This document shows positions 41,553 to 50,041 of a stretch of DNA of 64,000 bases, in pieces. Position 1 is the stretch's first letter. Every line of letters starts with the position of its first letter. Made by a program: the position numbers and the translations under genes. This DNA comes from a virus, in IMG/VR virus record IMGVR_UViG_3300046167_000585, positions 3,310-67,309 of that record. One strand, given 5' to 3'. The notes beneath the pieces were generated by a model that saw nothing but the letters and a program-made list of their open reading frames with translations, did no database searches and was not told the DNA's origin.

Positions 41553-42279
41553 TAGAAATCTCCTCATATTCAGTTTCGACAGTATCCTGTTTCCTAGCAA
41601 TAATGTCACTCTGCGCAACGTGCTCTGCTGTTACTGCACCGCTTTGTATCATCTTCAATTGTTGCTGCGCTAACGCCCGAGTTGTCTCACGGAGCTCATC
41701 GATAGACGAATTGCTATAACTAACGTCAACTTCTATCTTCGCTGCTTCAGGCGCTTTCAGTTGTGTGATTAAACATTCAGCAGCCTTTTGACGCACGGTC
41801 TCACTTTTAGCACTACGCATGAGCTCTGCTTGAGTATTAATCGCTTCTTGATGTACATCCATATTAAGAATATGAACAGGCACCAAAGTCCTTTCTAAAA
41901 TCTTATGTACAAGGTCTCCCTTGTTATAAGCCGTAGAAAACGATGCAATCGTTTTCATAGGCGTATTCTTATCTACTAATCTCTGATAACGGTCAGGAAA
42001 CGTTTTAGCGTAAGCTATCGTATTAGAGTCCCCGATTAACTTATAACTAACAAACTTAACAGCGTTAACATAATCTAACATCTTATAACGCCCGCTTTCA
42101 ATCACATCAGCAAACCCAACCAGGTTTTCTTTGTAGACGTCTCTAAACTCATCGCCCTCTGTACTATTAATAAACTCTATCATCTCATCAGTCACATTGT
42201 GACGAAACTTCTTAGGCATGCTAGCCTGCAGTTGTTCTTTTGTTAGTACGACACCACTATCTTTTTTAACTAAATCCAT
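41539..42279 (-). CDS. N4 gp69-like protein (putative terminase small subunit)
   Basis: YVNAVKFVSYKLIG..AYAKTFPDRYQRL..AYNKG.LV..QEAINTQAELM..SETVR..AA..L; upstream of terL. Confidence 0.85.
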   Translation of the reverse strand: MDLVKKDSGVVLTKEQLQASMPKKFRHNVTDEMIEFINSTEGDEFRDVYKENLVGFADVIESGRYKMLDYVNAVKFVSYKLIGDSNTIAYAKTFPDRYQRLVDKNTPMKTIASFSTAYNKGDLVHKILERTLVPVHILNMDVHQEAINTQAELMRSAKSETVRQKAAECLITQLKAPEAAKIEVDVSYSNSSIDELRETTRALAQQQLKMIQSGAVTAEHVAQSDIIARKQDTVETEYEEISNENS

Positions 42280-42602
42280 TATCGCTTAATCCCATAATAT
42301 AGCTTAGCTGCTTTAATTTGCGCAGCGTATCGCTTTTCATCTAAAAAATAATCATCATCTACGCAATATAGTAACAAAGGGTTTGCAATATAGCAATCAT
42401 CTCTTCGTTTTATAAATTGTTGATCTATCAGTTCTTTAATGTCTTTCTTAGACATTCTATCTTCAATTGCATCATCAACAGTGTTATCTGGATGAAGACA
42501 GTCACATACTATATCTACGGTCTCATGCAAGTTACCTTCCGACAGCCCCGCCCCCAGCTCGTAACCTACAATAATAAAGTGCTGCTTATCAGCTGTCTGC
42601 AT
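42279..42602 (-). CDS. Winged-helix-like protein (degenerate paralogue of 42589 ORF); likely start 42602
   Basis: IKELIDQQFIKRRDDCYIANP resembles VKRLIDLKVIAKHSSKHYMLNP; AGGAGG upstream. Confidence 0.5.
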   Translation of the reverse strand: MQTADKQHFIIVGYELGAGLSEGNLHETVDIVCDCLHPDNTVDDAIEDRMSKKDIKELIDQQFIKRRDDCYIANPLLLYCVDDDYFLDEKRYAAQIKAAKLYYGIKR

Positions 42603-42975
42603 GTTCGTCCTCCTTGACCAACTTCTCAAACTTGTTCATTAAACTAAAATAGTCATCGTTACTATTACGGATTGTATACTGAGGATTCAGCATATAGTGT
42701 TTACTTGAATGTTTAGCTATTACCTTTAAATCGATTAGCCTTTTAACAGAACGTGACGCATAACTCTTTTTAATGTCCAACGTCTCGCATATCTCTGCCT
42801 GTGTTATATTGCATATATTATCCCCGTTCAACGGTAACTTCCTAAACATGCAACAGTACACACTAAAGATAGAAGACGAGCCAATCAGCTCATTTACTAC
42901 TAACAAGTTATCTAAAGGTATCTTTGCCCAGCCTGCAGTATACGGTGTCTGCATTGTTCTCCCTGAAAAGTACAC
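42589..42975 (-). CDS. RepL-like winged-HTH DNA-binding protein
   Basis: TQAEICETLDIKKSYASRSVKRL HTH followed by YMLNP wing. Confidence 0.65.
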   Translation of the reverse strand: MYFSGRTMQTPYTAGWAKIPLDNLLVVNELIGSSSIFSVYCCMFRKLPLNGDNICNITQAEICETLDIKKSYASRSVKRLIDLKVIAKHSSKHYMLNPQYTIRNSNDDYFSLMNKFEKLVKEDEHADS

Positions 42976-42986
42976 TCAACAGGGGA

Positions 42987-43016
42987 AGTATAACATAACA
43001 TCCCCTAGCAAGTAAA
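42987..43016 (-). promoter_or_regulatory. Sigma70-type promoter at head of late arm
   Basis: TTTACT-N18-TATACT with TG extension; the -10 is bracketed by AGGGGA/TCCCCT inverted repeat. Confidence 0.45.
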
Positions 43017-43023
43017 CTAATTA

Positions 43024-43070
43024 ACAAAAGTTAACTCCACAGATAACTTTTCAACTACAAAAGTTAACTC
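43024..43070. repeat. 14-bp direct repeat ACAAAAGTTAACTC x2 (33-bp period); first copy part of palindrome AAAAGTTA-N10-TAACTTTT
   Basis: Copies at 43024-43037 and 43057-43070 read directly. Confidence 0.85.
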
Positions 43071-43154
43071 TCAGGTCAACCTCGGTGTTGTCGGAATAGG
43101 GTCTGTAGCGCTTCCCTTCTTAAGAGATATCTTTTTATATAGCTCCAAGCCTCC

Positions 43155-43169
43155 GTTGACTACGTCAAC
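43155..43169 (+). promoter_or_regulatory. Hairpin with GNA triloop on minus strand (possible vRNAP promoter/terminal signal)
   Basis: GTTGAC-TAC-GTCAAC; template reads C-GTA-G. Confidence 0.35.
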
Positions 43170-43370
43170 TACAGCTTGTCGCATAGAATAGCAAGAGAGA
43201 TCCCAGGGACTAAGTGTGCTATTTTCGCTTATAGAAAAATTACATAATTTACTACGGGTGTAGAAACTTAGTGTGTGTACTTACCACGACAGGTACGCCC
43301 CCCCTATAGCAACAGATTAACTATCTTTATTTATTTGCTATAGTTGTGTCGTACTGTCTTAGGTAAGTGT

Positions 43371-43388
43371 TGACTGCCGTCATTTAGG
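43371..43388 (+). promoter_or_regulatory. Putative vRNAP hairpin promoter, tetraloop class
   Basis: TGAC-TGCC-GTCA-TTTAGG upstream of first early gene. Confidence 0.6.
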
Positions 43389-43431
43389 AGAATTATCTCC
43401 GACAATTATCTTAACTCACAGGAGAATATGT

Positions 43432-43713
43432 ATGATAAATTACAATGTACAACAAGCTAACCAAGTGCCACAGAATGAGAAGACTCTATCGTTTGCAATA
43501 ACTGACGGAGAAAATACTTTGATGTGGAGTAATTTGCTAAGAGGTCAAGATCGTATGAGCCAAGAGGACTTTACTTTCTTTGAATCTGAAGTAGCCTCAG
43601 TTGAAGGCAAATTACTAGCCACAACAAAGTCTGGGGTGAAACTATACCTCAAGGTTTATACTGAAGGAAATAAGGGTGAGCCTGGAAACTTACGAGCTAA
43701 ATACGCTAAGTAG
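43432..43713 (+). CDS. Early hypothetical protein
   Basis: 93 aa; AGGAG RBS; first gene of plus arm. Confidence 0.75.
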   Translation: MINYNVQQANQVPQNEKTLSFAITDGENTLMWSNLLRGQDRMSQEDFTFFESEVASVEGKLLATTKSGVKLYLKVYTEGNKGEPGNLRAKYAK

Positions 43714-43723
43714 TTTCACCCCA

Positions 43724-43773
43724 ATGATAAGGTTATCATCAACCAAACAACGGTTGATCGATAATCTTATCAT
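43724..43773 (+). terminator. Long stem-loop after first early gene
   Basis: ATGATAAGGTTATC-ATCAACC/GGTTGAT-c-GATAATCTTATCAT followed by T-rich tract. Confidence 0.65.
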
Positions 43774-43821
43774 ATTATCTTTTTGACACTTTACACACAG
43801 AGACACGGAGAATAGGATAGT

Positions 43822-43839
43822 CTGCTGCCGCAGTTTAGG
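43822..43839 (+). promoter_or_regulatory. Putative vRNAP hairpin promoter, tetraloop class
   Basis: CTGC-TGCC-GCAG-TTTAGG; same loop and tail as 43371 with compensatory stem changes. Confidence 0.6.
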
Positions 43840-43868
43840 CTCATTCGAGTCATCTTATAAATTCATTC

Positions 43869-44144
43869 ATGGAGAATAATATGCAAATATTTAAAGTAAT
43901 TGGTAATACCATAGCAGCTGTAGGTCAAACAGTTCAAGATACAGCAGAATTAGTTAGTTTAACTGTAAGTGATGATGGTCTTAAAACTACAACAAGAGCA
44001 TCATTCGGAATAATTAATACTGCCTTAACAACTTCAGAAAAGATTGCTATAGCAGAATCTAAGTATGAGTTAGAACAGTTCGAATTAGACCATGCTAAGA
44101 AACTAGGTCGACCGAAAGGCTCAAAGAATAAGAGTACATCATGA
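43869..44144 (+). CDS. Early hypothetical protein with C-terminal AT-hook-like GRPKGSKNK
   Basis: 91 aa ORF; start may be 43881 (GGAG RBS). Confidence 0.7.
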   Translation: MENNMQIFKVIGNTIAAVGQTVQDTAELVSLTVSDDGLKTTTRASFGIINTALTTSEKIAIAESKYELEQFELDHAKKLGRPKGSKNKSTS

Positions 44145-44248
44145 CTAGGTTACAACGCGACATAATGATTGTCTCAGTTCTTGAGGGTATAGTGTTCCTA
44201 ATGCTATGCACTCTATTCGTTATGGCTTTAATTTGGTTTACAGTTTGA
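44141..44248 (+). CDS. Small single-TM protein (35 aa)
   Basis: MTRLQRDIMIVSVLEGIVFLMLCTLFVMALIWFTV; ATGA overlap with previous stop. Confidence 0.55.
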   Translation: MTRLQRDIMIVSVLEGIVFLMLCTLFVMALIWFTV

Positions 44249-44505
44249 TGAGTGACATGTTGAGGTGCATGTAAACAGCCTCTATTCACTACCGTACAAA
44301 CCTAAGTAGGCAATAAGCTCACAACAAGTGAAGATAAGGTAGTTAGTTAGGTATGACTCATGTAACAGTGAGTTATGCCAACTAAATATCATTAATTCTG
44401 ATAGTCGGTGAGAAAACTCTTATTACAAATTCCAAATATTAATCATGTAACTAGCGCGTGATTGATATCCTTTCTAGCTAGTATTTCTTATATAGGAGAA
44501 TATAT

Positions 44506-44901
44506 ATGAGTATCGTTCAATCCAATAATCGTAGAACATCGTCAACTAAAACTACGACTAAATTTAGTATTCGTTTAAACCCTGACGAGTCTATTGAATT
44601 TAGACCAACAAGTACATTTGCACATATCAATGCTGAACAAGTATTGAAAATAGTTACTAAAGCAGATGTTGATGTAACAGCCGAAAATAACAACAACAAA
44701 GTTAACTTCAAGTTGACAGGTAAAGATAAGTTATTCGGCTTTATTAACTACTTTGAGAATGACCTAGATGATGAATCTAGTAAGACTGAAATTAAATCAG
44801 TACTCAAAGATGTAAAGACAGCTTTATCTAGTGTAGCCATAGAAGATATAACTCTACCTATGACTGCTGGACAAGCTGACGATTTGATTAATGACTTGTA
44901 A
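44506..44901 (+). CDS. Early hypothetical protein
   Basis: 131 aa; AGGAG RBS. Confidence 0.75.
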   Translation: MSIVQSNNRRTSSTKTTTKFSIRLNPDESIEFRPTSTFAHINAEQVLKIVTKADVDVTAENNNNKVNFKLTGKDKLFGFINYFENDLDDESSKTEIKSVLKDVKTALSSVAIEDITLPMTAGQADDLINDL

Positions 44902-44917
44902 AGTTATATAATCAGCC

Positions 44918-45338
44918 TGGGTAGTGTATTTTTGAGTTAGTGCACTACCCACTTATTATTAGTGAATGATCTAATAAATTGAATAACTTAATATCAGTGA
45001 GATAGTACATTCAGATAGTACCTGGTAGTACTCTCAATTGATACTACAAGATATAGTCACGCATCTAAATCCAGCTACACATAAAACGATTGGTTCGTTG
45101 AAGACGCTATATACTTACTAGAGATGCTAGTCGTAATTCCTGAATAAGGTAGGCTAGGTCTCTGACAAACAAAGCTAAATCTCAAATAGAATACCATTGC
45201 GAAGCACTTACTGCTAGTTCCGTAAACATATATTGCGGTATTCAAAACTAAACCGAAGGGTTAGGTAACCAATCCTAACAAAACTAATACATAGGCATGC
45301 CAATACTAGTTGGAGTTATGTCTATGTATTTTTCTTTT
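44918..45338 (+). ncRNA. Candidate structured non-coding RNA/leader (about 8 consecutive helices)
   Basis: No ORF in track; inverted repeats tile the gap (see findings); no family recognised. Confidence 0.35.
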
Positions 45339-45358
45339 CACTTATTAACGGAGACACT

Positions 45359-47140
45359 ATGAATATTCAATTACACAACGAGTTAGAATACTCAAAGAGA
45401 ATGCGTAACAATCTAATACTCAACGATGTATTAGACGAAATACCTACAAAAATTACAGAAGCACTGACTATAGCTATTAATAGTTATAGATCAGGTAGTT
45501 ATTATCAATCTAAACAAGATAGAATAAATAACCTTCCTAATACTGTAGAGATAGTAACTAATATACTTGCTATTATTCTATCTTCTAATCGTCCAAAACC
45601 TATCCAAGGCGTAGCTACTGAACTAGGTTTTACTTTAGGCTATCGGAATCAAATTAGTGCTGTCAAAACAGGTGCTGAAATATTATCAATATGTCACGGT
45701 AAATTGTATGATATACAATTGAATAATGATAGTACTGAAATAGTACCTAAATACAAGTTAACAACTGATACAGTTGATAAAATAAATGTATTACAATATT
45801 TACCACCAATGCTACAGAAACCTAATGATTGGATATCCAATACAGACGGTGGATGGCTATGGGAGCGTAAATCTATCATTCTAGGCAAAGGCACTCATCA
45901 CAATAAGCCTCAAGCTTATGATGCACTCAACTTATTACAATCAGTTGCTTGGACAATAGATATACCAACCTATACTAACTTTGTTAATACTAATGAAGCT
46001 ATGGACAATGACCAATTTGAGCGTGTAGTACGCGATTACTTTGGTAAACCATTCTATTTCGTATGGCGTTATGACAAACGAGGTAGATCATACTCATCAG
46101 GTTACGACTTAAATGTCCAATCTAACGAGTATGGTAAAGCATTACTATCATTATTTAACAAACAGGTAGTAACTAACCTGGATAACCTAAAGATTGCTAT
46201 TGCTGGTCATGCTGGTCATGATAAATTAACATGGTCAGAGCGTATCAATTGGTTTAATCAACAATTAAACTTTAATATTGATACATTTGACGAACCAATA
46301 CTAGGTTCTAAAGCAATACAAGCATATCTAGACAGTAAGAAAGGTATTGCTACAGGTTATACAATGAGTATTGACGCTACTGCATCAGGTTTACAGGTAA
46401 TGTCAGCATTATCAGGTTGTAAAGTAACTGCTAAAGCATGTAATATGGTCAATACAGGTAACAGAGAAGATATTTATCAGTTTGTTACAGACAAAATGAA
46501 TAAACTATTGAAACCTGCAGATCAAGTTACACGCAGTGATGTCAAGAAACCTGTTATGACTACATTCTATAACTCAGAAGCTAATCCTAAAGAAACATTC
46601 ACAGAGCCTCAATTAGAAGCATTCTACGCATCGTTAGACGATACATTACCAGGTGCGTTAGATGTTATGGATGCTATTAATGAGTTCTGGGATTTTGACT
46701 CTGATGTACACATGTGGACATTACCAGATGGTCATGTAGCTAAAGTACCAGTTACTGAAATGACTAATATCCGTATTGAAGTTGATGAGCTTAATCATCG
46801 TACATTCACATACAGATATAACAAACAACAACCTTCTGAGAACTACAGAAGTTTAGTTGCTAATATAGTACATAGTGTTGATGGCTATGTAGCTAGAGAA
46901 ATGGTTAGACGATGCCATGCTATGAAAATCGAACTTGTCCATATCCATGATTGTTTTGTATTTAGTCCTAATTACCTTCAAATAGTGTGTCAAACATACA
47001 GAGAAATATTAGCTGAAATTGCTAATAGTGACTTGTTATCTGACATTCTTAGTGAAATTAGTGGTAAATATGTACCTGTTACTAAACATTCTACTGATTT
47101 AGCTAAAGAAATTCTAAACAGCCAATATATGCTGTCATAA
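45359..47140 (+). CDS. N4 RNAP II-like T7-type RNA polymerase, gp15+gp16 fused in one ORF
   Basis: gp15-like QYLPPML, YDKRGRSY; gp16-like DKLTWSERINWF, IDATASG (A), RSDVKKPVMTTFY (B), IHDCF (C), ends SQYMLS. Confidence 0.92.
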   Translation: MNIQLHNELEYSKRMRNNLILNDVLDEIPTKITEALTIAINSYRSGSYYQSKQDRINNLPNTVEIVTNILAIILSSNRPKPIQGVATELGFTLGYRNQISAVKTGAEILSICHGKLYDIQLNNDSTEIVPKYKLTTDTVDKINVLQYLPPMLQKPNDWISNTDGGWLWERKSIILGKGTHHNKPQAYDALNLLQSVAWTIDIPTYTNFVNTNEAMDNDQFERVVRDYFGKPFYFVWRYDKRGRSYSSGYDLNVQSNEYGKALLSLFNKQVVTNLDNLKIAIAGHAGHDKLTWSERINWFNQQLNFNIDTFDEPILGSKAIQAYLDSKKGIATGYTMSIDATASGLQVMSALSGCKVTAKACNMVNTGNREDIYQFVTDKMNKLLKPADQVTRSDVKKPVMTTFYNSEANPKETFTEPQLEAFYASLDDTLPGALDVMDAINEFWDFDSDVHMWTLPDGHVAKVPVTEMTNIRIEVDELNHRTFTYRYNKQQPSENYRSLVANIVHSVDGYVAREMVRRCHAMKIELVHIHDCFVFSPNYLQIVCQTYREILAEIANSDLLSDILSEISGKYVPVTKHSTDLAKEILNSQYMLS

Positions 47141-47158
47141 TGAATCACATTTTATAAT

Positions 47159-47201
47159 TAACTGACTTATCTCATTTACGAGGTGAGTCAGTTATTTTTT
47201 T
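47159..47201 (+). terminator. Rho-independent terminator after RNAP II
   Basis: TAACTGACTTATCTC-atttac-GAGGTGAGTCAGTTA followed by T7. Confidence 0.85.
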
Positions 47202-47215
47202 CTTTCAGTTTGTAC

Positions 47216-47230
47216 CCGTTCTCCGAACGG
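47216..47230 (+). promoter_or_regulatory. N4 vRNAP-type hairpin promoter (GGA triloop on template)
   Basis: CCGTTC-TCC-GAACGG then T-rich; template 5'-C-GGA-G-3' as in N4 P2. Confidence 0.7.
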
Positions 47231-47312
47231 TTCTTTAAATATATCAAACTTAACTCTGTACTATTGATTTGATATACTTTTTACTAAAATTATCTTAACC
47301 CTAGGGGGGACT

Positions 47313-47507
47313 ATGCAAGTTTTTAAAATTAATCCTTGTGAACTTAGAGGTTGCCTTAATAATCATAAAGGTACCTGTTCATTGGATAAGATGGCTATAC
47401 AAGTATTTGCAGAGCCTCTAGCGTATTTTCAAGATGCTAGTATTTGTGAAGTAAGACAACAAATTAATGTCTATCGTACAGAAAATTTAATCGAGAACAA
47501 ACAATGA
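47313..47507 (+). CDS. Small Cys-rich protein (DUF1540-like spacing)
   Basis: C-x4-C-x2-N-x4-C...C. Confidence 0.55.
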   Translation: MQVFKINPCELRGCLNNHKGTCSLDKMAIQVFAEPLAYFQDASICEVRQQINVYRTENLIENKQ

Positions 47508-48880
47508 AAAAATTCACTCTTTCAGGCAATCAACAACACAATTTGACTGCTCAACAGCAAGCTGTTGTAGATAGTAACGAGCCTACAGTCATAGTTAATG
47601 CTGTAGCTGGTAGTGGTAAGACTGCTACGCTTATGCATCTAGCTACAAGATACCGAAAAGGCATCTATCTAGCTTTTAACAAGGCTATTGTTAAAGATGT
47701 AGTGCCTAAACTGCCTTTAGGCTGGCAATGCAAAACATTTAATGCTTTTGGCTTAGCTATGACTAAAAAACATTATCCATATGCAACTGTTAACTTTAAC
47801 AAGTACAACAATCTTGGTGTACATCCTAGTGCTAAAGCATTAGTTGGTAAGCATATGAACATGAATGGCAATATATCTAAAGACTCTTGGAAAGAGACTT
47901 GTGACAGATTCAAAGTGCCATATAACTTTGCAGCAGAAGCTAAAGATATTATGCAAGAAGGTCAAGAAAACACTAATGTTATTAGTGGTGAAGATATGCT
48001 TCAATATCCTATTGACAATGGTTGGAAGTCAGAAGAATATGAAATTGTTCTTATTGACGAGTGCCAGGATCTAAATCCACAACAAATAGCTTTCTTAACT
48101 TGTATTCCTACTAAACGCATTGTGTTTGTAGGTGATACTAATCAAGCTATTTATGGTTTCAGAGGTAGTGATCCATATGCTATGGACAGAATTAGAGAAC
48201 ACTACTCACCTGTAGAATATGAACTTACAGAAAGCTTCAGATGTCCTACAGAAGTTATTTCTACTGTTAAACACATAGTACCTGCTATCACTAGTAATAA
48301 AACAGGAGGACAAATCGACACTGTCAATGGTAATGCAGAAATAGATTTTCCAGATGAATGTTTTATTATCAGTAGAACAAATAATAATTTAGTTAAGCTT
48401 GCTTACAAATTCATCCAAGAAAACAAACATTTTTCTATTGGTGGCACATTCATTACTCAACTTAAAAAAGACTTAAATAGAGTATTTAATGGAGCTAGTA
48501 GCCTTACTGCTATGCGAGATAATGTTATTAACCAATATGAAAAAGAAATTACAAGAGCTAAAGGTCACAAATGGAGCATTACTGGCATAGAAAATAAATA
48601 TGACAGCTTGCTTGCTATTATTAATGTAGCTGCAAGTCCTAGTGACATTGCAACATTTGTTAAAAACTTAGCTATGCATTCAGACAGTGCTAGCTGTAGA
48701 AAGCTAATGACTATTCATGCAGCTAAAGGTCTTGAATCGCCCACAGTTTATTTTATCAAAGCTGATACCTGTGACTATTTCAAAGAAAAAACAGATATAC
48801 AGTGGGAAAAACAACAAGAAGATAACTTATATTATGTTGCTTGTACAAGAGCACTTGATAAACTTGTATTTGTAAAGTAA
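47504..48880 (+). CDS. UvrD/Rep-like SF1 helicase
   Basis: AVAGSGKT, LIDECQD, VGDTNQAIYGFRG, SFRCP, TIHAAKGLE, YVACTRA. Confidence 0.95.
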   Translation: MKKFTLSGNQQHNLTAQQQAVVDSNEPTVIVNAVAGSGKTATLMHLATRYRKGIYLAFNKAIVKDVVPKLPLGWQCKTFNAFGLAMTKKHYPYATVNFNKYNNLGVHPSAKALVGKHMNMNGNISKDSWKETCDRFKVPYNFAAEAKDIMQEGQENTNVISGEDMLQYPIDNGWKSEEYEIVLIDECQDLNPQQIAFLTCIPTKRIVFVGDTNQAIYGFRGSDPYAMDRIREHYSPVEYELTESFRCPTEVISTVKHIVPAITSNKTGGQIDTVNGNAEIDFPDECFIISRTNNNLVKLAYKFIQENKHFSIGGTFITQLKKDLNRVFNGASSLTAMRDNVINQYEKEITRAKGHKWSITGIENKYDSLLAIINVAASPSDIATFVKNLAMHSDSASCRKLMTIHAAKGLESPTVYFIKADTCDYFKEKTDIQWEKQQEDNLYYVACTRALDKLVFVK

Positions 48881-49179
48881 TGGAAATATTAGAATTTAAT
48901 CAAATAGAGCCTGGTATGAAGGTTCTATACAAGATAAAAGAAGATAGTAACGAATTCTTTACTACTTCCGTTATATCAACATCAAAAGGACATCCTGGAA
49001 TCAATGTCGTAAGACTAATGGGAGGCTTTGAAATTGTTTATGTAACTGAAAACTTTCTTGTATCTGACAAGATTGCAATTAAACAATTGCCAGCATTGTT
49101 ATACAAAGATAATCCTCAAAATCGTACACAGTTACTATTAGAGGACATAGAAATATTCCCTAACTTAGGAGAAGACTAA
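48880..49179 (+). CDS. Hypothetical protein
   Basis: 99 aa, TAATG-coupled. Confidence 0.65.
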   Translation: MEILEFNQIEPGMKVLYKIKEDSNEFFTTSVISTSKGHPGINVVRLMGGFEIVYVTENFLVSDKIAIKQLPALLYKDNPQNRTQLLLEDIEIFPNLGED

Positions 49180-49628
49180 TGGGTAGACACTACGATGGCG
49201 ACATAAGTGGCAAATTCTGGTTTGCTGTACAGTCTAGTGACGATGGTGAGTATTTTGGTGCAATAGATATTACAGAAAGAAATACAGATAATGACGATGA
49301 TGAGGACTTTGATGATGACTATTATTCAGATTTTGTTGATTATGTTATTTATTTTTCTGATATTGACAAGGTAAAGGCTGGTATAGATCTTTGCAAACGT
49401 CAATTAAGAGGTAATTACATAATCTTAAATGAATTTTTTTCAAGTGGCAGTGGTTATAACGATGAAATGATTATTGAGCATTATGAAAAAACTAGAGGCA
49501 TTCATATTAATGAAGATTTTTTAAGAGAACAGCTGACAATATTTGCAAGATTAAATTTTGGAACACAAATATTATTATATTTCAATGAAAATCCTGGTGA
49601 AGATTGTCACTTTACAGCGGAGATGTAA
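49179..49628 (+). CDS. Hypothetical acidic protein
   Basis: MGRHYDGDISGKFWFAVQSSDD; coupled ORF. Confidence 0.75.
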   Translation: MGRHYDGDISGKFWFAVQSSDDGEYFGAIDITERNTDNDDDEDFDDDYYSDFVDYVIYFSDIDKVKAGIDLCKRQLRGNYIILNEFFSSGSGYNDEMIIEHYEKTRGIHINEDFLREQLTIFARLNFGTQILLYFNENPGEDCHFTAEM

Positions 49629-49834
49629 TGAATAAATATATTTTTTTAAGAAGTAAAGATATGTACATTGACGATTTAGGAAATGTATATGAAGCTACTA
49701 AAAATGGTAATGTTGATACTGAAAAGTTTAAAACATTACTTCATTTTAACGGTGTCTGGTGGAATACGCTTTCACCTCGTGACTATGAAATAGTTAATAC
49801 GATATGGCGCAAATTTTTAAAACTAAACGATTAG
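49628..49834 (+). CDS. Hypothetical protein (likely start 49628)
   Basis: TAATG coupling. Confidence 0.6.
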   Translation: MNKYIFLRSKDMYIDDLGNVYEATKNGNVDTEKFKTLLHFNGVWWNTLSPRDYEIVNTIWRKFLKLND

Positions 49835-49843
49835 GAGAATATC

Positions 49844-50041
49844 GTGGGACAAATGAAAGCATACGCTGAGTGGGCAAAAGACAAAGGCTACTTAAATGAC
49901 AACTATGAACCTACTAATCCAAACGCTAATAGCATGGATTATGTAGATGAGTTTGTAAAAATACGTGATAAACAACGTAGTTCAAATATGGCTTCCAGCC
50001 ATTTAACTAACTTTATTAATAAACCCAAGGAGACAACATGA
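49844..50041 (+). CDS. Hypothetical protein
   Basis: GTG start with AGGAG RBS. Confidence 0.65.
   Translation: MGQMKAYAEWAKDKGYLNDNYEPTNPNANSMDYVDEFVKIRDKQRSSNMASSHLTNFINKPKETT

Noticed and set aside
44902-45358. tRNA or CRISPR array in the long intergenic tracts
   Set aside because: No cloverleaf with T-loop GTTCRA and acceptor stem; no regularly spaced direct repeats.
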